NCBI GenBank assembly: GCA_023213395.1 | Contig: CM041465.1 | Location: 189,851,741 to 189,915,740 of the forward strand | DNA: 64,000 bases | Direction: 5' to 3' | Source of the DNA: Cycas panzhihuaensis | Taxonomy: Eukaryota; Plantae; Cycadophyta | Part shown: positions 29,101 to 39,969 of the stretch, in pieces | How the letters are laid out: each line of letters begins with the position of its first letter | Numbering within the stretch: the stretch's first letter is position 1 | The notes under the pieces: model-generated | What the model was told of the DNA's origin: nothing | The model's database searches: none | What the model saw: the letters and a program-made list of their open reading frames with translations, nothing else | Translations under genes and position numbers: made by a program

Positions 29101-30126
29101 GTGAAGAGGAGAGGGACTTCTGTAGTTGCTTGTGTGGTGTATGTAGATGATCTAGTCATCGGCAGTAACCATGGCAAGGCTATAAATAAAGTCAAATCCA
29201 ATTTGGGAGCTTCATTTAACATGATAGATCTCGAGAAACTTTACTATTTCTTAGGCATTCAGATCAAGAAAATGGAAGATAGGATCATGTTGTTGCAATC
29301 GCAGTATGTGAAGAACTTACTAAAGAGATTTAGAATGCAGCACTGCAAACCTATTACAACACCATGTGTAAAAGGTGCAAGGTTGCAGAAGGACATGGCC
29401 TAACCTTCTATAGATGGCACTAAGTATCGCTAGTTGGTAGGGAGTCTTATCTATTTGACTCATAGCAGGCTAGATATTACATACGCTATTGGATTGGTTT
29501 CTCGCTACATGCAAAATCCTCAGGAGTCTCATTTGGTAGTAGCAAACCAGATTCTGAAATATCTGAAGGGGACAATCAATCTTGGTCTTAAATACCACAG
29601 AGGTGAGAAGATCATGTTGCATGGCTACACGGATGTTGATTAGGGAGGAGATTCTGATGATTGGAAGTCCACTACTAGATACCTATTTAGTGTTGGTAAT
29701 GTATTTGTTTTGTGGTAGTAAAAGAAGCTGTAAATAATGGCATTATCTTCTATAGAAGTAAAATATCAAGGACTCAGTACTGGTGTGAAGGAAGTAGTAT
29801 GGTTTCAAGGTCTCCTGGAATTTCTTAGTGTTTCTAATGGACATCTGATTCTCTTTATTGATAATCAGAGTACCATTCGCCTACCGAAAAATCTAGAGTT
29901 TCATTTGTATATGAAACATATCGAGATTTAGCACCATTATATTCATGAATAGATCAAGTCAGGGAAGTTGTAGGTTGATTATTGTCTAAGTGAATTACAG
30001 CTTGCAGACGTGTTTACCAAACCTCTCACTGAAGATCAATTCACAAAGATGTGTACCAAACTTGGACTCACCAACATTATCCTTGAGGGGGAATGTATCG
30101 ACAAGGATAAAGAAGTTGTAGGATAG
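26114..30126 (+). pseudogene. copia D gag-pol remnant
   Basis: gag MERIMPKIIFNGNNFSEWK; protease WVFDSG; integrase RSDNGKEY and PYTPQHNG; RT KARLV and YVDD; RNase H ADVFTKPL. Many in-frame stops. Confidence 0.92.
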
Positions 30127-30192
30127 TCACAACCTTCGTGATAACTCAACTACTACATGTTGCAGGTTCCCCACATTCACATTAAGAGGGGA

Positions 30193-30566
30193 TGTTAACA
30201 TGGAAGCTAATTATTAAGCCACTTAGTTAATGTTAATATGGTTTAATTAAGTGAAAATGTGTGAAGCCAAAAGGATGCAACTTATTTAGAGGGTCACAAC
30301 CCTAATAAAGTGACACCTCTTGGAGAGTATAAATGCCTTCAGGCCTTGTATATTTAACATCCAAGATCATTGTATTAATTTATTGTGCAATAAATAACTG
30401 ATCCATCAAGGCTCCTTTTATAATGGGCTTTTTCCCGAAAGGTTTTTCCCACATAAATCCTATGTATTATGCATTTATTTTCTGTGTGTATATTTATTTA
30501 CTTACTGTGTATGGTAAAAGATTATGTGGTTGGGAACATTTGTGTATGATTTTATATTCCCAAACA
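30193..30566 (+). repeat. 3' LTR of copia D
   Basis: Pairs with 24215-24588 (~86% by eye); ends cccaaaca. Confidence 0.92.
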
Positions 30567-33192
30567 AAGGGTTGAACAAGAAGCTAAAGATAACTAGCTT
30601 CAAACACCTTCCAAATGATGTCAGATTTAAGTGAAAACTATTCCAATCTAAAGAATATTGAAAAAAAAATTGACAGATTTGACCATTTAGAAAACCAACT
30701 TCTGAAACTCAAGATATTAAAGAATGAGTCAAGGGATGCTTTTTAGGGCTTAAACAAGAGCCAAAAGGATAAAATACTATAAAATTCTAATTATAACTTT
30801 GTAGAAAGGTGTAAAAATGATCACATATAAATTAGAGACCTTTTAATGCATCTTATGCAAAAAAAACTTGAACAAATTGCTTTAAAAATTGTTAAACAAT
30901 TAAGAACTAAGTCTAATTAAGTACCTTAACTTCACTAGTCTTAAATATCTAAAAAATAACTTTAAATTATATAATAAAGTATACCAGTGTGAAGAGGATT
31001 GAACCAGCTTTCTGATAAAGTAAACGGTTTAGAAAACGGATATCAAATACATAAGTTATAGTAAAAACATTGAAGGGACCTCTTTATAGTTAATAAATGA
31101 AGGCTGAAAAAGAGAGGTCACTTCAAACTATTAAAACTTAATCAAAACAACCCAAATCTGATAAATGACTAGTCCATAGTGAAGCTCGCTAAATGATGAT
31201 CGCAATGAAACTAGTTTCATTGAAAACCGTCAACCCAGTGAGGAGATACAATAGAAAATGTGCTAGTTACTTTATGAAGGAAAACATAAATAAACTTTAT
31301 ATTATAAATTTGATTTAAGCCCTTTTGAAAAGACAACAGAAGGTCAAGTGTGAGTGCAAAGGATTGGGGGCTAATATTTGAAGCGGCTAGTGACAATACA
31401 AACACTACTAGACTTCAAAATTTATAAAAGGAAGTTTGATTAAATCAAACTTTAAAGAAGATTAAAAGAATTTTATTATCAAAATGTTCATCGTGATTGT
31501 GCAAAGAACCAGTGATTTTTAGCGACTGTTGATGATCAAATCTGCTCAGAACAAACTGAAAAGAGATTGTAAAAGTTTAAATACTAAATGAGGATGAATA
31601 TCGATCGAAGACAACATCAAAAAGAGATTTAAATATGTTTAAAATATGAGAAAAAACCTTATTATCAATGCGCGATCGCCAAGGAGAGAACAGTGATTAG
31701 AGGTAAATTTGGTGATTGAAATTGATCAAGGCTAGTCAAAATTAATTGATGATGGATAGAAAACATAAGCAGAGGCCTCTCAAATGAAGATCGACTCAAG
31801 GAATTTAAAAATAAGTGATTTATACATATAAAAAATGAAAAAAAGTTGTCGATGTAATACGCACAGTCGTTGAGGTGATAGAGGTGATGAACAAGCGATT
31901 AGATTAATCAGATCCAGCTGAAACAGGCTCAAATAGAATCTGAGGAGGGACACCTCCAATTTGAGGAGAAAATCAATGAAGAATACTTCAAAAAAATTTT
32001 ATTTTTTGGTGTGAAAGAGAGAGGGACGACATGATGACATCGCACAGCCATGGAGGGCTGTAGAGGCATTAGAAATCGACTAGAAATTGATGAAATCTCT
32101 TTAGAAATCAATCATATAAGGGTGTAGAAGATATACTAAGGTAGATCATTATAAAAAAAACCTTCAAAAATATAATTTTTATATATATAAAATAAATAAA
32201 TGCATTGACAGAAGGATATGTTTAGAGGAGGAACTTCGGCAGGCTAGATCTCACCACTAGATTGATGGAATGTAATAAAACTTTAGAGGGAGCTAGATCT
32301 ACTTACCATCAAAGAACCTCTCAAATTTTATCAGAATGGATCACCACAGGTTGAGAACTAAGATATCGATCCTAAGGAGGTCGTACTCAGTGCACATAGG
32401 CTGAATAGTCCAAAGAATGCTCTTAGATTACCAAAAATTACTTTATCTCATCCTTAATAGGCCTGCACCACTATTACAAAAGAAACTAGGTGAAAAATGA
32501 AGCTAAAATGAGCAAATCAGAAGAGGGTCAATGGGGTTTTGCTACCAAAATGAGTAGCCTAGGTTCTAGGAGGGAGATCTCTTCGTAGGAGCGATGAAAT
32601 CTAAAACTCCTAAATCTGGTGTAGAGTTAACTCATAGAGCTTTGAAATGACTAGTCACTTGATAGGGTTTTGTTCACCGTGGAGACTACACCAGCCTATA
32701 GAAGTTCAAGTTCTTTCTAAAACCTTGAAAAATAGTGAAAAAATAATAAAAAACTGTAAAATGTCAAACGAAACCTTAATATAATTTCTCCAAAGAATTA
32801 TTAGGCTAAAAGTGAATGATATTACTACACATATCTAAAGAAATACTAATTAAATAGAGCATATATACTAAAAAATAGCTAAATATTCAATAAAACTATA
32901 TAAAACTTATTAATAAAACTTTATAAAATGATGAAATATTGAATGTTTTGTTGATTATGGATGTGAACTTTATACGGATATATGAAAATATGGATTATTT
33001 ACACGTATAAATAAAAAATAATTAATTTTTTTAATAAAAATAATGTAGAAACTATTAATAAGCTTTATAAAAGTTGAATTAAAGCAATATATTGCTTGTT
33101 GTGAGTATCTTTGATAAATCTCTACTTTAAAACTCAATAGATCTTCTTGTTCTTAAAGGAAGGAGGCCAAAAATCTAAGCTTTAATACCAAA

Positions 33193-33525
33193 TGAAGGAT
33201 TTGAAAGCATGGAGATAGAGCAGAGCAATAAGCAAATAATCAATCTATTGTACGATATGAGCATAAACCAAATATCTTTATTTAAGCCATGTTTAAGAGA
33301 AATACAAACTTCCAAAATAGAGGTGGTGTTTAAAGACACCAGGGTTATCACCCCAGTAAATATATAGTTTGAAGGAGGAGGAAAACCTCCTCAACCTCTA
33401 AAATTCAAACAATATTTAAATAATTCTTAACTAAAGTTACACTTAATATTACCTTACTTACCTTCACATGTGTGCACTCACATGTGTAAATGGTGGGAGT
33501 GGGGTGATGAACATTAACCTTAATA
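33193..33525 (-). repeat. 5' LTR of element C
   Basis: Pairs with 22163-22496; PBS 2 nt away. Confidence 0.92.
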
Positions 33526-33640
33526 TACTAAAAAAAAATCTATAAGAGAAGGGTTTTGAGAGTCACTAAGGAAAAAAAAAGTCCCTTTTTTCGCTCTTGG
33601 ATTCCTCTTCTAAATCGCTAAACCTGGCTTTGATACTACT

Positions 33641-34016
33641 TTTTATGATCCAATCTATAAATATTGTTATAAAAGGATAATAAGAGAGCCCAAATAGATA
33701 TTTTATTGATGTAACAATATAAATTACATCTAAATTACATGAGAGCTTGATGGACACTAAAGGGAAGACATACGAGAGCATAATCTTTATAATAGAAAAA
33801 TGATAGCATAAGTCCCTCCTTTACAAATATATGGCCTTAAATAAACAAAAGTGGTCATTATTTCTTAACATCCTATTGGTGAGCTATGTGGCCTTTGATC
33901 CCATTGGTGAAGATATACAACCTATGCACACTTATCGATAATTGTCCTTAACCCATACCACTTTAATTGCATCGTTAGATGCTTACATGCTATTCTCCTT
34001 GGAGGGTTATGTAATA
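33641..34016 (-). repeat. 5' LTR of chromovirus B
   Basis: Pairs with 15931-16306; decayed PBS 2 nt away. Confidence 0.85.
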
Positions 34017-35729
34017 GTCATCCATAAAAGATAAAAAGAAATCTCTAAAACTTTTATATTTTGGCCTCTTTTTATTAAACTATTATTCTATCTTACATCA
34101 TTTTGAATTTTCAGTATAGGTTGAGACACCATTATGAAAACTACAATAGAGTAAGTTTGCTCCATTATAATTTCCATGAGGGGGTAAATTATCCTATTAT
34201 AATTTTCATAATGGAGTATAGCATTACATGTTAAAAATTAGAATGATACAAGAAAATTAACCTATTGTATCTTTTATCACCAATATCCCAACATCTTTAT
34301 TATTGAATAAACCTCCCTATAGATGTCCTACGTAGTCCTTGTCATAGTAGATGCTTCTATAATACTATGGAAACATTCCTAGGGCTCGTTTTTCACGTAA
34401 TTCCCTTTAATACAATGCTTAGAGAAAACATATATAAATAACCCAAACACACCTAGTAGTTTGACCACCGAGGATTCAACTTTAGTTCCATATATGCCCT
34501 CACTTCATTAAAATTCACATTGCCATTTTGGTTAGTATGGTCTCCCATATACTGGCTCATCATAATTATATTTTCTCAAACCTAAAATAATTATTACACC
34601 CACCATGTCCTAGTAAATTCCATATGATAACCATAGTTAAAGCCACCCCTAAAAGGCCATTATAGGACTAGATGAAATACATCATCGAAAAAGCAAATAT
34701 AATGATGGATTAATTCACCATGACCATCATTTGAACCATCATACAACATGACACCCTATAATGAAAGAAAAATTAAAAAACTAAAAAAAGAAAAAAGGTG
34801 TACATACACCCAAAAAAAGGGAAAAATTAATGTTTATTTATACATAATTATTTTCATGCCATCCTTTTAGCATCTAGGTCATGTCACATGCCAACTTCAT
34901 CCCCACTTAGAATATGTAGTTTGGGTTTATTTGTATAGGTTGTTTATAATCTTTAGATCCATTTACTTATGCCCATCATAAACTCAATCCTTATCAAAAC
35001 CTATTCAACATCAGAGGGATAAAATAAATAACCTTTAAAACTTACAACAAAAGTAATAATGAGCCACTCATAAGACCCATTCCCAATTAGATTGGTAGTT
35101 AAATTTAAGCCCATAAACCTAAAACACTTCCTTTCTAGTTGATTCCCATAGTAATCCCTACATTCATTAGGTCATCTTTGAACTACTATTTTATTCGGAT
35201 GGTATTAATCATCTATATTAATGGGGGAAACCATGGAAACCCTAAGCCTTCTACTACTTCTTAGATCATTCGTGATCAAATAGATTATATTTTAACATAT
35301 TCTAGAATATACCTCTCAACAGTGACCAACAACATAACTAAGTATATTGATATCATTAAGGCATTAACTAATGCACTTCAAGTTCACACCAACCCTGTTT
35401 TACTTCTATCTAACTCCTAACTAGTCATCCACTAGCTTACACAGGTATACTAGGTCCATTACCCTTAGTTGCATGCTCTTACTAACTCAATTAGGTCTCT
35501 ACTAGCCTAATTCTCATTTTTCATAATTCATCACATTCCATGGGAATAAAAAACTAATCAAGCCACCCAGTCACCTACATGTTGGAGCACCAACTATGGC
35601 AAGATAATTCTCCTTCTTAGGGCTTTTAAGCCTATTAATGGGGTTGGATTTCCAAACCAATCTCCTCATCACATCCCATTACATTGAATAACCATTCCTA
35701 CTTTGAAATGATCCTAAATTATTCCTACT

Positions 35730-36245
35730 ATAAAATGAGTCTAAACTATCACTACTCCAACATGAGTTTAAACTACTATGTAAATATGTAAATGTTATCT
35801 CCAATTTGATATTCTACAAAATAAAATAAAAATATTAAAAAATATATATATAATATAAAATCCTTGAAAATAGCTCTAAGATGACCTAAAATAACTCTTG
35901 CCTCTAAAAATAATTACTAAAGAGATTAAACTATGATGACCCTCTTGGATTTTGAGTCTATAAAAGGGTTTTGGCTTCTAAGCTAATCCTTCTCACTTAT
36001 AAGATCACTCTAGGAAATAGTTACTAATGAGGATTATCTATGGTGATCCCTTCATATTGACAAGACTTTATCAAGGCTTTTAAGCTTATCATAAGATTCA
36101 ACTTTTGTGCTAGTCTCCATCCTACTCAAAACAACTCTCAAATAAGTCTAAACTACCATACCTCCAAAGTCCTCGCTAGTGAGGTTAAATTATAGGGAAA
36201 ATTATTCAAGTACCTACTAAAGAAGCTAAATTGTAGTAGTGTCCT
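35730..36245 (+). repeat. Dispersed short motif gagg(c/t)taaa(c/t)ta.. of the old host element
   Basis: Variants at ~35737, 35763, 36029, 36143, 36181 and 36222; the same motif at ~15655 and ~15718 on the other side of element B. Confidence 0.45.
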
Positions 36246-36503
36246 ATAGGCTAAGATTTTCATCAATAGTGTGGCTCTTCAGCCACCTCTTTATGACCAC
36301 CCTTTCTAATTGCTTTAACAAACACATAAATAACATGTTGGGTATCATTATTGGCATTCATTATCTTGTAACATAGGTCTAAATAGGTTTTACTACTAAG
36401 GGGTCTAATGTTTCCCACAAACTAGGACTCCAACATCTATCTCCTTATAGGTAAATTAGTTATGCATTTATTTTTTTTATTTCCAGATTATATATATATA
36501 TAT

Positions 36504-36504
<1 letters not shown>

Positions 36505-36548
<44 letters not shown>
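36505..36548. repeat. (CA)n microsatellite
   Basis: Direct reading; preceded by an (AT)n run. Confidence 0.95.
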
Positions 36549-36549
<1 letters not shown>

Positions 36550-37674
36550 TATTGATACTTACTTATTATTTTAGTGATTGGTGTGTGTGCACTCAACCTA
36601 TGATTATTTTGACATTTGTTAATCGCATTATGAAGTTAACCACCTAAGCTTGGTATATCAAAAAATAGCCCTCTAACACCTTTAAGAGAACTTGTAGGAT
36701 TCGTTCTATCTTTCATTGATCCCCCTTCCTACTCTTGCATATGTATTTTTTTGTTTGATTTTTTATTTTTTCTTATTTTTATTTGTCCCATTCTAAAAGT
36801 TTTACCTCATTTTAATTTTTAGAATAGTATGTCTTATACCATTGCAAAATTTGTAATGATGTAAGATACTTTATTATAGATTTTATAATGGTATAAGACA
36901 TACAACTATAAAAATCATAATGGTACAAAACACACCATTTTTAAAATTAAAATGGTATGAGTTACACCATTCTAGAATTATGATTAAATGTCTCTCTCAT
37001 ATTTATTACTCTTCTATTGTGGTTTTATCATCTAAAAGTCATAATTCATTGGCCTACTCATGGTTTTATGGTAATACCATGGACCCATCAATATTCACCA
37101 CTAAATATAGATCTAAATTCATGGGTTTTTGCCCATGGGTTTGGCCCATGGTTTTTTCAAAACTATGGGCCCTCAAAACTGCTCTAATCCATTTATAATG
37201 ACCTACATATACCCTTCTATTTTATAAAATAGGAGAGAGACTTTAGGATAATTAAGTGTTGTCAAAATCTTATTGGATAATATTTACATGTACTTATATT
37301 CTTTATTATTGATTAGAAATTTATTCTCGGTATTCAAATCATTCAAATGATAGGGGAAACCATCTTGATTAGAGCTTGAAACCATTGGCTAATGACCATA
37401 TATAGATCCAAGAACATCCTACATAGCTTTATTTTCATTCTTATCTCGATCCTTTACTATTTTTCACTAAACTAGAAGCTATATTGCTTAATTTCCTCCC
37501 TTATTAACCCTTTTTAATTCTTTTGACATTCTTTAGAAGTGCTTGAAGTGGTTAAAAAGACCCATCATCATTGTTGGTCTCAAATGCAGTGGTAATCCTA
37601 CCATTTCTAAGGCTTACACTATATTTAGGTTTACTTTGAAATAAATTTATTAGAAAATCTTTTTCATCTTGTTT

Positions 37675-37728
37675 TGTGTGTGTGTGTGTGTGTGTGTCTA
37701 CAGATATATATATATATATATATATATA
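37675..37728. repeat. (TG)n + (AT)n compound microsatellite
   Basis: Direct reading. Confidence 0.95.
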
Positions 37729-38449
37729 GTACGAGGTTCTTGCCTATAGGTAAAGTTGATCATCTAATTGGTTGGAGGCAGCCAAGATCTAATCTCATTC
37801 ATCCTTATTGTAAAGGGAATACATGTAATATATCGTAAATATTGAGATCTATTCTCCAAGATCAATGGAGCCATTGAGCTCAAACTCAAGGAGATCATTT
37901 GGAATGACAAATAATATTTTTTTTAATTTTAAAGTTTTTTTTCCCTTTCCTTTCTAATTTTTTTATTTTTAAATGAAGATTTTGACCACAAAGGAAATAC
38001 TATAACCTCAAGAGCATGGGCTTTTCAGCTAAGGTATCAATAGCCCCAAAATTTTGCTTTAAAATATAAAAATTACACTATAGGACTTTGTGAGATTATA
38101 AATCCTAACTTTAAACTTTCATATTGAGTATAAAAAAACTTCAAAATGATCCATATAATAGCTCAAAATAAAGCCCATGAAATGTAGATTCTACTTGATC
38201 AAACATAATTAAATCTTGAGTTTATATGAAGAAGTTATGGGCAACAATATGTAAATAGATACCAAAAATTTAATATAGCTTCTTTAATTAGCTTTAGCCC
38301 CTTTTTAAAACATGACTTAATCTTGTACTTCCTTTATACCTCTTATATGACCACCTATTAAGATGAAGGGAGCTAAATAGATTTTAAACTATATTCAATA
38401 TAGTTTAATCTAATCTAACTCTACAAAAATAAATTTTAAAAAGCATATT

Positions 38450-39969
38450 TACTTGGTAATTTTACATTTGTACATCACTATTCAACAACCATGGTAGTTT
38501 TTTATCATTGTAGAGTGATTTCAAAAGTCATCTGCTACTCTATGTACCTTCTATGAGTACTACTCACTGTGCCTTCTGTGAGTGCTTTTGTTGCCTCTAT
38601 ATAGCTTCCTTACTATGTTCAATAATGGGTCTCTGAGTTTAGACTAATGTAGCTTTTATTTTTTTAACTACCATTAACATTTGGTGACTTCACTTCTCAA
38701 TGTATCCTCTTTTATAATATTTGTCCTCTTAATAATGTCCTCTAATATTCATTCTTCAGAGTATTTGACCTCATGCCTAGAAAATAGCTTGTAAGCCTTC
38801 CCATTTAGTGATTCCCATGATATAATATCCTTGTCAATCTACTTCCATTTTGTAGAATATCATCTAGAATCTAACTCTAGGTGTGCCTCTTCCCATCTCT
38901 ATGAACACCTTATAAGAGAGCTTCTTCTTACTACAACTCTATCTCTAAATTGATTAATACAATCGACATCTTCAAAGCACTTGTAATGTTTATGAAGTTA
39001 ATAGATGTGGAACCAATGTAACATTTGCACTAACCTCTACTATTTTAGAGAAAAATCATCCACTTGCTAATATGCTATGGGTATTGAAATCGAGGCAAAG
39101 GTAGCTAAGGATTAATATATTCTACAATAAGTAATTTAGTGCTTCAATATTATTGGTATGTTATTCCATCAACAAAAGTTTATCACCATATATCTTATTA
39201 ATATGTTGTAATATACTAGCTCTCATCTACCATAAGCGTGCATTTCCTTAGTAATCTAGTTCTAATATTAATTCTTCAATGTGTGTTGAACTTATCCTTC
39301 TTATTTGGCACATGTTTCAACATCAAGACCCTCTTTAATTTAAACTATATTTGGGTGTCATTGTACTATACCAAATGCTAATATCAACACCTCCTATTTA
39401 TCCTTCTCAATGGGCCATGAGCTTCTTAGTTGACTTGTAACCTGCACATCTTCATAATGGAGGGAATGAAGAGAATATGGAGAGGAAAACTAATTGATGA
39501 TTATGTTGTAGAGATGGTGTGAAAAGGTAAATGAGGAAAATGGAAAGGAGGAAAGGAAAATACACAAATGTTGCTTGTCAACTAGTTATCATATCTTCGA
39601 TACCACTTGTAATAGGCCTAATGTTTATTACCTAAACATTCAACAAATGTAATTAAACCTCAAAGAAAGCCAAGAAAATAAATGGAAATTAAAAAATTAA
39701 TCTTTATTGAATATTTAGTCAGGTCAAATTAAAATAGCTTAAATCATTACAATGCATGACTAGTGAATTTATACACAAAATATAAACACTGCTTTACAGA
39801 TTTGTTGTCCTTAATCCTCATGCTAATCACTTCTCATTAACCTTAACTCATTATCTATTATTTTATCATTCTAACACTAACCACTAACTCTTAACCTGTC
39901 CTAAGTATGAGACATAATATTAGCCCTCTTATCCAAACTATATTATCCTTAGTTATGGGGATCATAACG
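38450..39969 (-). mobile_element. Decayed LTR-element fragment (5' LTR ~39608-39969, iMet PBS, gypsy-like gag trace)
   Basis: cttcgatacca (reverse complement of a decayed TGGTATCAGAG) at ~39596-39605, then tgtaat...gatcataacg; weak gag-like GNARLW on the - strand. No partner LTR found. Confidence 0.4.

Larger units (their letters stand above)
24215..30566 (+). mobile_element. Full-length Ty1/copia D (inactivated), nested in the leader of C
   Basis: 374-bp LTRs at 24215-24588 and 30193-30566; PBS tggtatcaaag at 24589; PPT at 30184-30192; TSD AAAGG/AAGGG (4 of 5 match). Confidence 0.94.
22163..33525 (-). mobile_element. Non-autonomous copia C (gag N-terminus only, no pol), nested in B
   Basis: LTRs 22163-22496 and 33193-33525 (~91% identical); exact TSD TACTA (22158-22162, 33526-33530); decayed PBS 33179-33190; PPT AAGGGGGAGAA directly after 22496. 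Confidence 0.92.
15931..34016 (-). mobile_element. Decayed Ty3/gypsy chromovirus B, interrupted by nested elements C and D
   Basis: 376-bp LTRs at 15931-16306 and 33641-34016 (~78% identical by eye); decayed iMet PBS at 33627-33638; PPT at 16307-16321; gypsy RT and chromodomain remnants. TSD not clearly preserved. Confidence 0.88.

Noticed and set aside
6491-30571. Similar TSD (AAGGG) for copia A and D implying target specificity
   Set aside because: Only two cases, one imperfect; C, the closer relative of A, has TACTA.
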